The notes beneath the pieces are model-generated. The model searched no databases. It had not been told where the DNA came from and worked only from the letters and a program-made list of their open reading frames with translations. 64,000 nt of DNA. It comes from the human T2T-CHM13v2.0 reference genome, Homo sapiens. A program made the position numbers and the translations under genes. Location of the stretch: the NCBI RefSeq assembly GCF_009914755.1, contig NC_060925.1. One strand, 5' to 3'. This document shows positions 37,878 through 50,992 of this stretch, in pieces; positions within the stretch are counted from its first letter, which is position 1; each line of letters starts with the position of its first letter.

Positions 37878-39339
37878 TGATATTTTAACTATCTCCATTT
37901 CAACATATAAATCCTATTACTGAATATACCATTTAATCAAATGATAAATGAGGTTATTTAGATTTTAAACAAATGAGCAAATTTAATAGATATATGTCAA
38001 TGGTTACATTTAACAGAATATATATATATATATATAATATTATATACATAATCTCTCCAAATTAAATGAGTGCCAAATTTCTATAACTAAAATAATACTA
38101 ATTTAAGTTAAAAAGTGAAAGTAATTTGAGCATTCTTAATACTCATTAGTTTATTTAAGAATATAGCTGCATGAGTTCTGAGTGACATATAGTTGCTTAA
38201 TAATCAGATCTAAGCTTCATAAACAACTATCCATCACATTAATTCTTTATTACAGAAAATCTCACCTAATTAGTATGCCAGTGGGAACAGAAATATAACA
38301 CTTAAGTCGTTGTTCCAGTTATCAAAAGTCCATAGGAAAATATTATGTTAGCTGGTAATCACTTTTTTCCTGAATTTTTTAAAAATAGAAAGCAGTATTA
38401 GATATTAGAATAAATCAGTCCTATTTAACAATCTTAGTACAAAAGAAAAAATGAACTGAAGAGAATTCCATATTTTTTCTTAAGAACATGACAAGTAAAA
38501 CAATACCAGTCGTTATAATCAATATGTATGAACACAAATATAGGTAAGATGTGCCATTTCTGAATTATTTTTAAATGATCAAAACTTGGGCCAATCAATT
38601 TTCTTTTAAATTCAGAGGAATTAAGGAATGAAGACCAAATATACCTCCACAATATTCTACTATATGGAAGAGAATCTCACATTTCACTTTCGAATACTAA
38701 AAGATGTTTCTATGTATTTAAAAGTGTTCTATAATAGTTTCAAGTGAAAAATGTTTTACTCATTTTAATTACATTTAATATATATTTGTTATATTAAAAA
38801 ATTTGGAGATCACTGAACCAGAAAAAGGTTTTCACATTTTAGACGGCTTAACAGAATCCGAGATTATATTTGCCTATCTGAATGAATAACTCTCAGTAAT
38901 TGCTATGGCTTCTTTCACCAGACGAAGAACCATTACTTAGCTCATTTGAGTCAATAACCCTTGAAATACTTTATTTAGCAGCCTAACATTAAAAGGGCTT
39001 CCTTTTTTTGACAATGTGCAATCCCCATGATGTTCATATTTTGGTGCTATTATTGTTGGTCTTCACAACTGATATTTGATGTTATGAATATAATACATCC
39101 CTCTAATAATCTACAATTTATTATCAGGGTGATTTTGAAGTTTAAATAAATATTTCATATCATGTCATATTGAAAATAATCTTGCATCTTTATAGGCTTA
39201 TAGTATTTTGAATATATTAAGCATTTATGTACAAGCATCCAGATAGTTTCTTACTGAGACAAAAGTCTCATTCCAGAAATATATCTTCCAGATTTATCGT
39301 ATTATTTAATGATTTTTATGTTCTTGGACAACATACAAG

Positions 39340-39540
39340 ATGTATTAATTTATGCATTCAAAAACTATTTTTCTAGGTACTATGAATATTAAAAGAACAT
39401 ATGTAATATGGAACCTGTTGATAAGAATTTCATATTTAAATATGGAAGCTATATTTAAATTTTCTAAAAGTATAGTGAATTATGCACTAGGCACTACACT
39501 GAGATAATAAATCAAATATTATGCAAATGCAGAAAGGAAG
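39340..39540 (-). mobile_element. L2 3' end (diverged)
   Basis: atttatgcattcaaaaactattt..ctaggtactatg...ctgttgataagaatttcatattta. Confidence 0.5.
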
Positions 39541-39750
39541 TATGCTGGTTAAGTTAAAATTATAGTATTATACACCTGGAGTTGTATTCTGTTCTGACCA
39601 TATACGAGCTATGGGCTGCAATTTTCTCATTTGTGAAATAAAAATTATAAGAGAAACCACCTCATAGGGTTGTTGGAAGCTTTCAATGAGATGAAGGCAT
39701 GCAAGTGCTTATCACAGAGACTTTTACAGAAAAAAGCTAAATAAATTGTA
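39541..39750 (+). mobile_element. MIR
   Basis: aattttctcatttgtgaaat...acctcatagggttgttggaag...atgagatgaaggcatgcaagtgctta. Confidence 0.8.
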
Positions 39751-39842
39751 TGTATACTCAAATTTTCCTGGATGAACGAAGAAAAGCTTCCTAAAAGTCT
39801 CAGCACATGACTTGGTAGGCTCTAGCTCTTGCACTATGACTG

Positions 39843-39875
39843 GAATGAATGAATGAACGAATGAATGAATGAATG
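39843..39875. repeat. (GAAT)n microsatellite
   Basis: gaatgaatgaatgaacgaatgaatgaatgaatg. Confidence 0.9.
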
Positions 39876-40384
39876 TGCCTCTGGTTGAGAGAGGGTATTT
39901 CAGCCTAAGGGACTGGTTAAACCAAAAAGGACAGAAACATAAAAAAATAAGAGAAACAATTAGAAGTTTTGTGAGGCTGTAATATAGAAGGAAAAATGCA
40001 CTGTGGATAAGTTCTAGTCATTTACATACTTTCAGTTGTACTGGTCAGAAAAACAGAGGCAGGACTTGGGCTCAATTTAGGAGATACTAGGAAATAACTA
40101 AAGAGAAGGTAGTGCAATCATAAGTTCTAAATTCAGTACATCCTAGAGAAATCAAATAAAACTACAGAGTAAATGGATAGGACATGCCCTCCTCAAGTCT
40201 TGCCCTATCTAATGAGGGTTGTCTAAAGAATGGAATAAGAGGAGCTTGATAAAGTTTTCCCACTCCCACTTACTGTATAAATATCTCTCCCTCTGAATCA
40301 AAGATTCTACAGTTATTATTCCACAAAATTTTACATCTGAAAGAAGCTTCATAAGTTATATAACCCCAAATTACAGATGACTTT

Positions 40385-40600
40385 CAGTTACAGCTCCCTG
40401 TAATTTTCCTTCTTTGCACTTGCCACATTTTAAAGTTATATGTTTCTGTGTAATTTATTAATCTCTATCTCTGTCTACTAGACTATGAGCATCATGAGTG
40501 TAAGTAATGTGTTCTTTTCTGCACATCATTGTATCCTATGAAATAAGCACAGTGCCCAGCACTCAAGAGGTGAATATTAATTGAATGAATGAATAAATGA
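40385..40600 (+). mobile_element. L2 3' end
   Basis: ctactagactatgagcatcatgag...cattgtatcc...agcacagtgcccagcac...ttgaatgaatgaataaatgaa. Confidence 0.8.
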
Positions 40601-40604
40601 AGGA

Positions 40605-40748
40605 GTATATTATAGATGAAAAAACTGAGGCCTAGAAGTTTTTGTGCTTTGTTTTAGTTAACATGGCTAGTGAGTGGCAAAATTTGAACCTAAAAGCAGC
40701 TCGCTTGATTCCTATCCTACTGCCTTCTCCCATCTTCACTATATCACT
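40605..40748 (-). mobile_element. MIR
   Basis: atagatgaaaaaactgaggcctagaag...ggctagtgagtggcaaaatttgaacc. Confidence 0.75.
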
Positions 40749-42145
40749 GTTAGGTAATCATATCCCTCCCTGACACCTCTTAGCAATGACAAGTACTTCC
40801 TTAAGAGACCTTACTAGATGTCTCTGAAACTTTAATGCGAATGACTGTATCAAGTTATTTAGTCTGTGGTTAAACATACTCAGAGAATATCTGAATTGGG
40901 AGATTTTAGTAAGGGGTGTAGCAAGCTGTATACATGGTGAAAGACAATATTAAATACCAGCTTGGTCCATTTCTCAATTTGACCTAGAACTATATTCAGG
41001 ATCTCCATCCTATGATTGTGGAAATAAAATGTGTGAGCCCATTTTCCAACCAAAAGAAGAATGAGTTTCTATTTGTCTTCTCCACTCTTCCAGGTTAAGA
41101 GTTTATTTGAACAGCAAGGACTGGATTAAGCATGGAGGGTGGCAGGTGGGGGAAGAAAGGAAAGAGATCCTTAATAGTCTTTCCCTTGGAAATTGACAGC
41201 TATTATTATGCACACAATTCAGTAACTATTTGATGATTCTTAAGAAGATGACAGTAAGGGATGACATTAAAATGAAAAAGAATAATAATGTTATTTTAAT
41301 TCGAATGTCATTTTTATGAATATATTAACTTATGTAGTAGAGCTTACTTATTGCTTGTGGTCATATAAGAATCCACATTCCACATAGAGAAATTTGTTAT
41401 TTCTTCAACAACAATGCCATCTTAGAGATAAAATAAGTTACATTATCTGAGGACACACAAAAAGTAAAACTGGAAGAAAGGAAATCTTCAATCTTTTATC
41501 CTGATATTTTGTTTCTTCAGCAAAACTTTTCCCTGGATTATTCACTGATAAGAATGAACACTGCTACCATACATGACAAAATTTTATGCTTTCAAAACAA
41601 CAAAACCACAATTAGAAAAAACAAAACAAAACAAAAAACAAAAAAAAAAAAACTAATGGGTCATCCTGAGGGAGACTTTACTCTTATTTAGTGCCTTGTT
41701 GTTAGAGTACCATATAAACTATCACTTAATTAAATGTTTTCTTAACCAATTTTTGCATTAATTTCAAGCTTAATTTTCTTCACTCAAACACAAAAGAAAT
41801 GGTAACCAAAATCAAGCTGCAATCTAAAAATTAAAATGTATGCCTCAATATTGGAATATGGGATTATGGAGTGTATGTCTTACCATTGTTATAAGTGGTC
41901 AGTTGCTTCATTGTAGCAATTATTTTATCTAAAACACAAAGTATGCTATGAATTTCTTTTTAAAAGGTGACCTGAAATCAATTAAATATCAATACCCCAT
42001 GATTTTAAAATCTTGGATCAATATTTCTATATTATAGAAACAAATTAATTATGCTGAATTTTCTAGTGATGTCTACTTATAATTAAAATATTTAGTATTA
42101 ACTGATAAGGAAGAAAACTTTAGAAACTGATTGTATCTATGTGTG

Positions 42146-42272
42146 TCTTCCTCTCTCACTACCTTCTTCCATCCCTTCCTGCCTGCCTGCCTGCCTCCTT
42201 CCCTCCCTCCCTCGCTCATTCTCTCCCATCCTCCCTCTCTCCTCCCTTCCTTCTCTTTCTTCCTTTCCTTTA
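42146..42272. repeat. CT-rich polypyrimidine tract
   Basis: (CCTG)n/(CCCT)n/(CCTT)n next to the FAM tail. Confidence 0.85.
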
Positions 42273-42274
42273 GT

Positions 42275-42447
42275 CTTTTTCATTTTTTTAGAGATAGGTT
42301 ATTGCTATGTTTCCCAGGCCGGAATGCAGTGGCTGTTCACAGGTGAAATCATAGCACATTAGAACCTCGAAATCCTGAGCTTAAGTGTTTATCCTGCTTC
42401 AGCTTCAAAAGTAGTTGGGACTACAGGCACATACCACTATGCCCAGC
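42275..42447 (-). mobile_element. FAM (fossil Alu monomer)
   Basis: gctatgtttcccagg...gcagtggctgttcacaggtgaaatcatagcacatt retains the 7SL-derived FAM segment ggctattcacaggcgcgatcatagcgcac. Confidence 0.85.
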
Positions 42448-42554
42448 TCTCTCTGTTTGTCTTTAAAAAATAAATGTAAAAACTAGATATACAAAAGTAA
42501 CTGTTAGAATTCGATAGAAAAAAAAGAAAAATATTGTCCCATTTTATTTTAATA

Positions 42555-43232
42555 ATAGTGGCATTTGTTAATTGCCTCCCAGCAAAAACATTCCCTCCCA
42601 TTTCATTAGCATTATTTTGGAGGGAAGTTCTTTCCTAGGTTTGATTTTTTTTAATGGACTTTATTTTTTAGGGTAGTTTCAGTTCACAGCAAAATGGAGT
42701 GGAAAGTACAGTGGGTTCCCATATGCCCATTTTCCCTCTACATGGATAGCCTCTCCACTATCAACGTTCTGCCCCAGAGTGGTATATCTGTAAGACTTTG
42801 TGAATCTACACTGACTTCATTATCAACCAAAGAGCATAGTCTTGAGGTTCATTCTTGGTGAGCATTCGGTGGGCTTTGACAATGTACAATAACCTGCATC
42901 CACCATTATACCACAATACAGAATAGATTCATTGTCCTCAGAATCCTCCTGTGTTCTGCCTGTTCCTCCAGCTTCTCTACTAACTCCTGGCACCTACTGA
43001 TCTTTTCATCGTCTTCATAGTTTTCTTTTTTTTTCTTTTACAGGAAGTAACATATTTGAAATTATAGAGCACATAGCTTTTACAGCAATATTTTAAACAC
43101 TCCTTTGAAAGGTCTACCCATCCCCATTTTCAGCTATGGGGTGTGGAAGGAACTGACTTAAACTTTCAGCTCTACAAAATAGGCCCCTGATGTTTTAAGC
43201 AAATGACTCCATCACATACCCTAGGCACAGAT
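42555..43232 (+). mobile_element. MLT1K-like LTR fragment split by an L1
   Basis: tagtggcatttgttaattgcctcccagca..cattccc before the L1, and ccccattttcagctatgg...gaactgac...cagctc...ccctaggcacag after it. Confidence 0.5.
42645..43085 (-). mobile_element. L1MC1/L1MC2-type 3' end
   Basis: aatggactttattttttagggtagtttcagttcacagcaaaatggagtggaaagtacag...ccagagtggta...atccaccattata...ctgatcttttc. Confidence 0.88.
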
Positions 43233-43249
43233 GCACAAGTTATTCACAT

Positions 43250-43595
43250 TCTCCACTTATCAGCATGGCTCCCTTCTCAGGGTTTTATTTAAATCTTACC
43301 TTCTTGTTGCAGCATTCTCTGAACATTGCACTTCAAATTCTAAAATTGCAAACGTTTCTCTAGAACCCTTAATGCTCTTTCCTGAATTATTTTTCAACTG
43401 TAATTGATCACCAATCAAAATACATTATGTTTTACTTATTTTTTGTTTTTTGCTATGTATCCCTGTATTAGATAGCAAGTTCCATGAGGGCTGGGATTTT
43501 TGTCTAGTTTGTTCATGGCTGCACCCCAGAGCCTCTTTTACTGCCTGGAACATGATATTTGCTTAATACTGATGTGTTGAGTAAAGGAATTAAAT
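43250..43595 (+). mobile_element. L2a 3' end
   Basis: tttaaatcttaccttc...aagttccatgagggctgggatttttgtctagtttgttcatggctgcaccccagagcct...tgcctggaaca. Confidence 0.85.
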
Positions 43596-43984
43596 ATTTA
43601 CAAAAATGTTTACTGTGGTTCTAATAGTATTTGCAAGGACTAATAGAATTTAAGAAAATTTTCTAAATTAGTGACCAGGAAATAACACCTACCTTCAGAG
43701 AAACTCATGTTGGATTATTTGAATGGAAAAATGAAAAGAAATACTGATTGTATATGAACTAAAATATCTGTTAAAAGTCACATGCTACTAAGATTACAAA
43801 GTGATAATGCAGCACATTGGAATGATGGAAACGATTATAAAAGTGAGTATTAAATTAAATGAAAGCAACATAATGATTCAGGTTAGGACCTTTTTGGGAA
43901 TGGTCTGACAGATTTACAGACAAAATGAAAACGTGAGACACTTGTGAACTGAGCACATTTTCAAAGCTCAAGTTTTCATAAAGC

Positions 43985-44370
43985 TCATTTTAGGTATCTT
44001 CCCGCTGATTGCCCAAAGAGGTTAAAAAATCCAAGTGATTACACCAGATTATTTTGTATAAGCAGGACTGCTTCAATAAAGGTAATATGTTTTTATTAGA
44101 CAGAAATGCATGTAATGCATAATTATGGGTATATGCGCATATATATATACATATGCAGATATATAGATAAATACACAAAGATTAGTATTTGTTATAACAG
44201 TGTCTGGGAAGGTTTAGTTCTGCAGGAAAAAGTCTGCAATATTTGTAGTACTAGCCTTGAAAATGTTTAAAATAATATTCCAGAGTTAATATTGTTGTCC
44301 CTGGTATGTGAAAGAGTATTTGTTATCATAGCCAATTATTGAGTCTGCTTAGTTTGTAGTTTTTGTTTTG
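43985..44370. mobile_element. MER121-like ancient conserved repeat (tentative)
   Basis: aaaataatattccagagttaatattgttgtccctggtatg..aaagagtatttgttatcatagccaattattgagtctgc resembles my recollection of the MER121 core; not verified. Confidence 0.5.
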
Positions 44371-44542
44371 AAAATGTTTTAAACAAGTTTTTCTTACTAC
44401 CCTCAGTTGCAATTGTCAAACTAGGTGTGTTCTGCACATTTATTTCTTTGTTCTTTTAATCAGTTCTCTGAGGAAAAGCATCTGCTGTCTTTCCATATTC
44501 CCTATTATGTAATGCTACTGAATACTACAAATAATGTAATCA

Positions 44543-44950
<408 letters not shown>

Positions 44951-46012
44951 CTACACCTGCAACACTGAAAGCTTACTAGAGCAAAATGTCCTCACTGGTA
45001 ACTTCAACAGCAGTAATTTATCATAAATCACCTACAAAAATAGTGTATGATTATCAACCATATGATATTTATAGCAATTTCGATATTATAATGAACATAT
45101 TTGAATTACTAGTTACACGTTAGTGACACTAATCATGACTCATTATTGACAAAACTATCAATTAATATGCTTTGTCAAGAGGGTGATATGGTTTCTGTGG
45201 ATGAGCACAAGACAGACTGTATGACACCAGCCTCTCCTGAATTTGTAAGGACGTACATGGCATTGCTCTGATTTTTTACACTATCTATTGTTTTGCACGT
45301 TGTTTGTTTCTTAGAGATTTCTGTTAAGTATCCTTAAGGTGCTTTACAAAATTAAAAATGAGAGAGAACAAAAGAAAAAGGTAAAGGTGAACCTGATTCT
45401 TTTCTAGATTACTCCGTTGTGTGGAATATTGAGTGCCCAAATTTATTCACAACATGAATGAATACTTTGTTTACCACATGAACTCAGATAACCTGTTAGG
45501 CTTACTGCTATCAGCACTTGTGCTGCAATTTTTGTTTTGCTGAGTAGGCAGTGCTATAACTTTGGTTATTTGATTTGGTGTCTGGTTTCCTTTATAATAA
45601 GTGTTGTTCCGGTTGATCTGATATTTCTTGCATCTTGAATTTGTTAATAGATTTATTTAAAATCACATGAGTCATTTTGGGATATAAGGTCGTGTTATAT
45701 TTATTATGATACATTTTAAAAATTATATTTTTTACTTTTTAAAGTATTTATTAATCATCCAATCTAAAATATTTAAACTTTTATTTCAATGCATATGTCA
45801 TAACTTTTAATGTAAAGATAGTTGCAAAAGGCTTATGGCAACACAAACAAATCATTCAGTACACTGAATTATAGAGTGATTAAAAAAACACATGGTTAGA
45901 GATTAGAAAATTTGAGTTAGAGTTATTTCATTTTACTTCAACAATGTGCTGGATAAGCTGTGTGGTTCTTAGGAAGATTCATCTTAAACATAAACAGGAT
46001 AGATAAATTCTA

Positions 46013-46425
<413 letters not shown>

Positions 46426-46519
46426 TTATGTTCAAAACATGAAATAATAGAATGGCATTTACCCATCAGAACTACAGTGATAGAAACAACAGTATAACTC
46501 TATAAGAACATATTTGTGT

Positions 46520-46818
46520 TCTTTTATATTTTATTTATGTATTTTTTTATGTATTTATTTACTGAGACAAGATCCCCCTGTGTTGCCCAGGCTAGAGCGC
46601 TGTGATACCATAACTCAGTGATCCTCCCACCTCAGCCTCCTAAGTAGCTGGGACAACAGGTGTGTGCCACTGTGCTTTTTTTTTTTTTTTTTTTTTTTAA
46701 TGTAGAGACAGGCTCTCACTATGTTGCCCAGGCTGGTTTTGAACTCCTGCACTAAAGAGATCCTCTTGCCTTGGCCTCCCAAAGTGCTGAGATTAGGTCT
46801 GAGTCACTGCACCCTGCC
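46520..46818 (-). mobile_element. AluJ with internal deletion
   Basis: gagacaagatc..tgttgcccaggctag...gatcctcccacctcagcctcc...ctatgttgcccaggctgg...cactgcaccctgcc. Confidence 0.9.
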
Positions 46819-47124
46819 AGAGCATAACTGCATAATATGGAAGAAATGCCCTTTATGGCAGAATAAACAAAATGGCACACTGAAAAGAAACAGTGAATAT
46901 CTCTTTCCAAAATATTAGGGGATTCTCAAACTCCTAGAAAGTTTTCACCTGGTGAGGTATAAATCTAAAAAGTTTTGGACAATCTTTTCACTAACTTTCT
47001 ATACTCAGAACTGTTTTATGTAACAGATTAGTGTAACCTGGGTCTTTCTTTGATGGCTAATTAAATTAATTTGGAGCTACTCCTATTAATCATCATAGAT
47101 GAAATCATAGAGCAGGAAGATAAC

Positions 47125-47312
47125 CTGTTAGTTTGGTCCCTAGACCAGCAGTAAGAACATCACCTACAACTTGTTAGAAAGGCAAAGTGTCAGCTCTTAC
47201 TCAAAGTGTCAGACCTACTGAAATCAGAAACTCTGGGGGAGTGAAGCAATAATCTGTGGTTCAAGAAGATCTACAGGTGATTTTCATAAAAACTAAACTT
47301 AAAAATTTACTA
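47125..47312. mobile_element. MER5A (hAT-Charlie MITE)
   Basis: ggtccctagaccagcagt...catcacct..aacttgttagaaaggcaaa...cagacctactgaaatcagaaactctggggg...caggtgatt. Confidence 0.85.
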
Positions 47313-47399
47313 TTCGGGCTATCACAGTAGACGATCATTACGAGTGATTAAGAGGGTAGGTGCTCATATGGTGCATTTCAGAAATAAAGAGCCTTATTC

Positions 47400-47490
47400 A
47401 CCTCAGATTTTATACAATAGGAAAGAAAATGTAAGTAACTTTGTTCAACCAGCAAGTAAGAAGTAGAGCCAGGAGAACCCAGATCTGCCT
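47400..47490 (-). mobile_element. MIR fragment
   Basis: aagtaactttgttcaacc..agtaagaagtagagccagga..aacccagatctgcct. Confidence 0.55.
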
Positions 47491-47711
47491 TAAATAGGAG
47501 TTCAAATAGGAGTTCAAATTGGTACTCACCATTCTTCCCGTTAAAATAGCAAAATCAAGGATACTAGAATAATGTATAATGTGTTCAACACTAAATCGTA
47601 CCTTCGAATTTATATACAGTTTTAAAGACACTGACCCTAAGGAGATTTTGTTTGCTTTAAAAAATGGAAACATACAATGATAAGACTGTAAAACAATGTA
47701 TAATGTAGTTC

Positions 47712-47721
<10 letters not shown>

Positions 47722-47742
<21 letters not shown>

Positions 47743-47892
47743 AGACGGAATGGACTCTCACTCTGTCATCCAAACTGGAGTTCAGTGGTGCAATCTCAGC
47801 TCACTGCAACCTCCGCATCCGGGTTCAAGTGATTGTCCCTTCTCAGTGTCCCAAAGTGCTGGGATTACAGGTGTTAGCCACAGCGTCTGGCC
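47722..47892 (-). mobile_element. AluS reduced to a monomer (left/right arm fusion)
   Basis: Right-arm sequence (ctcactgcaacctcc..gggttcaagtgatt) joins directly to left-arm cccaaagtgctgggattacagg...ggcc; TSD aatgtagtt. Confidence 0.9.
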
Positions 47893-47943
47893 TATACAAT
47901 GTAGTTTTAAAAGGAATGCTTTACCAAGAAGCAGTATTAACAG

Positions 47944-48097
47944 AGCCATGCTTCTCAAACTTTGATCAATCCCGTAGTAAATCTTCAAAACTGCAAATGT
48001 TGAATCATTAGGCAGAGGTGGGGTACAGATTCTGCTTTTCTAACAAGCTCTTAGAGGATGCTGATCAACCAATGGACCATCCAATGTTTTGCCAAGA
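47944..48097. mobile_element. MER5-family MITE
   Basis: gccatgcttctcaaactt...ggtggggtacagattctgcttttctaacaagctc..aggatgctgat...ggacca. Confidence 0.75.
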
Positions 48098-48129
48098 CCC
48101 ATACTTGTATAAAAAGCTTGAGATGGCCA

Positions 48130-48335
48130 CCTCTGGAGCCATGATGGAACCACTAGCTACCACTTATAACAACCCGAGTTTGAGTTAGCACCTCTCTCTG
48201 ATCTCCATCTGTAAAATGAGGATAAGAATAGTGCCTATCTTACAAGGGCTGGCAGACTAAATGAGTTAATACGTTCAATATGCTTAGAACAGTGGCTGAC
48301 TCATGATAAACATATAATAATTTTTAGCTAATAAT
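48130..48335 (+). mobile_element. MIR
   Basis: catctgtaaaatgaggataagaatagtgcctatct...aaatgagttaatac...tgcttagaacagtggctgac. Confidence 0.85.
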
Positions 48336-49709
48336 TTTTTAAAAGCATTACCTATTACCACAAAGCTTATGTCATTTCCAAGCATGATCATAACTGTGAT
48401 TGATTAATTCGTATAAAGTAACACCAATATTATATTTGAAGCAACACATCCTGTAGAAAAAAGAGTTAATTTTTAAATTTGTAAAATAATAGCATTTATT
48501 CTTTTATGAAATATGTTTGATTTCTGGGTCAAATCACATATCTTGGTACTTACATTTGTCCTCATCAATGATAACATCAATAACTTCTATATAAACCTTT
48601 TATTTTTCCTGATAGTCTTCTTTCCTTTCTTTAATTCCATCTCATTAATTATAGCCTATGTCTACTTGGGGCACTTTAAATAATTTCTTGCCTTGCAGAC
48701 AAAAGATTAAATTATGGACTATTAAATATATGTAACTAATTAATCAGTGATTAATTTTAAATTTTGTTGAGATAAGAAATACTGAGTCACACCTCACTTC
48801 AGGGATTTGTGGTACGGAGATTTATATAATTTCTTAAATAGAAAAATGATTATATTTTATGAGCCTTTTAATCATGTAAGTGGTCAAAATGGAAATAAAG
48901 ATTGGAAGTTAGGGATTTGCCAGATGACTAACAGCTTGTTGTTAGATTTTAGTCTTTGTCAAAAAAATTAGATAAAAATATGACCTCATTTCTGATTGCT
49001 CCAAATAACTAGTTCACATTTTCTTAGTAAGAAGATAGTTGTGTATTCATTTCTTAAATATACCTATGAGCAGAAGTTCCTGTAGATTTAATCATTTCCC
49101 CTGGGCTATTGACACACAGAGTCATTTAGGCATATTATAATCATTATATTAATGGAATGACTTAAGGCAAAACGTCCACCAAAAAGTAATTCTGTATCTA
49201 GGTGATGGGGGCCAGGGAGGATCAAAACAGAAAAATATCTAAAATTTTCCAACTTCAGTTTATAAAATAATTCTTTTTTTCTTAAAAAAAAAAAAAAAAA
49301 GAGCTCCCACTATAGAAATAAAGACTAAAGTAGCGAAGATTTCTTTTGTAATTAATATGTATGGGAATTTACACAGTTAATTTACATTCACATTTACAGG
49401 AATTACCTCTAACCCACATATTGACAGAAAAGGCTCTTTAATTTTATGAGTTCAAGAAACCTATCTAAGTGCCTAATTTTTTTCTCCATTGCCTTTAATT
49501 AAAATAACTCCAGGGTCATCTACCTGATAATTTGGATAATTTTTTTTTTAAACAGGAAGCAAGTTTCCTCACTGAACACATTTGCTAAGCTTCCCTAATG
49601 ACAACTCTAGATTCATGAAAATTAAAATGAGCACAGTCTCGGCAGGCGTTAGGCCTACTCACATGAATTTGGGACACCTGCCTGCTTGTTTTCTCCCTGG
49701 GTAAACTAG

Positions 49710-49805
49710 AGAGCTGTGGGGTTTTGAGTAAGTCATGTGCCCTCTAGACCTAGTTTTCACATCTGGAAAAACAAGGGACTAGGCCAGTCTCCAAAGTGCT
49801 GTTAA
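49710..49805 (+). mobile_element. MIR3-like fragment
   Basis: agctgtggggttttgagtaagtca...cctctagacctagttttcacatctggaaaa..agggactagg. Confidence 0.65.
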
Positions 49806-50229
49806 GCTGATATTCCATAAAATACCATAATGTCTCCGAAAACATTTCAGGGTTCTTTTTGGGGGTACTTAATAGCTTGCAGTGTACATGCAGATGCAAT
49901 CCCCAGCTATGAAGCTTTTTGTGAAAACATATATCATCACCTGCATCTGATAAATGATGATTTTTCAAATTTATTAGACAATTCCACTCCCCCAAAATTG
50001 CAAAAGATGGGTTCGGTCAGAGTTTTCCAACCCTCTAGACATTTAGACTCATTTTACTAGGGACTGGGGATGAGCATGAAGCTACTGCCTGTCCAGTAAG
50101 AGAACATGACACTCTTCAGTGTTTGAAATGATATGCACTCAGATATGTAAAGACATACATGGTCATGCACATTATATATCTACAATGATGGTGACAATGA
50201 CGATATTATAGACTTCTTATTTATCAGAT

Positions 50230-50398
50230 TCTTTTTTCTTCCTCCACCACTCTTTTTCTCTCTCTCAGTTTCCCTCCCTCCCTCCCTCCCTCCGTTCCTC
50301 CTTTCCTCCCTCCCTCCCTTCCTCCCTTCCTTCTCTCCTTCCCTCCTTCCCTCCCTCCCTAACTCCATCCCTAACTCCCTCCCTCCCTTCCTTCTCCC
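50230..50398. repeat. (CCCT)n/(CCTT)n polypyrimidine tract
   Basis: About 170 nt of near-pure C/T on the + strand. Confidence 0.92.
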
Positions 50399-50631
50399 GT
50401 TGTATGAGACTATGAGCTTGACGTCTTCAAGTACATCACAGCCCCATAGGAGAGCCAGGAATGAATACATACTTATCCATAATAGACAAGGCATGATCAT
50501 ACTATAGTTGTATTCAAGTCCCATAGGACTGCAGAGTAGGGAGAACTGATTTTGCTTGGATGGAGGGTGGAAAGGACTCCAGAAACTTTACAGAGGGAGT
50601 TTACTTATCTTATTCATAAAGAATAATGAAA

Positions 50632-50992
50632 CCTAAGATCTGTTTGCGTTGCCACAAAATACCCTAGACTATGGGACTTAAACAATAGAAACTTAATTTC
50701 TCACAGCCCTGGACACACAGAAGTCCAATATCAAGATGCCAATAAGGTAGGTTTCTTTCTGAAGTCTCTTCTCTTGGCTTATAAGAAGCTGCCATCTCAC
50801 TGTGCCCTCACATAACGTGTGTGTGTGTGTGTGTCTTATTATAAGGACACTAATCCCATTGGATCAGGGCCCTATTCTTTTGACCTCACTTAACATTACT
50901 TCTTTATAATCTTATCTCCAAATACAATCACAGTGAGGGTTAGGGATTCAACATATGAATTTTGGGAAGACACAAACATTCAGTCTATAACA
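50632..50992 (-). mobile_element. MLT1A/B-type LTR with internal (TG)n
   Basis: gacttaaacaatagaaacttaatttctcacag...ataaggacactaatcccattggatcagggccc...caacatatgaattttggg..gacacaaacattcagtctataaca. Confidence 0.88.
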
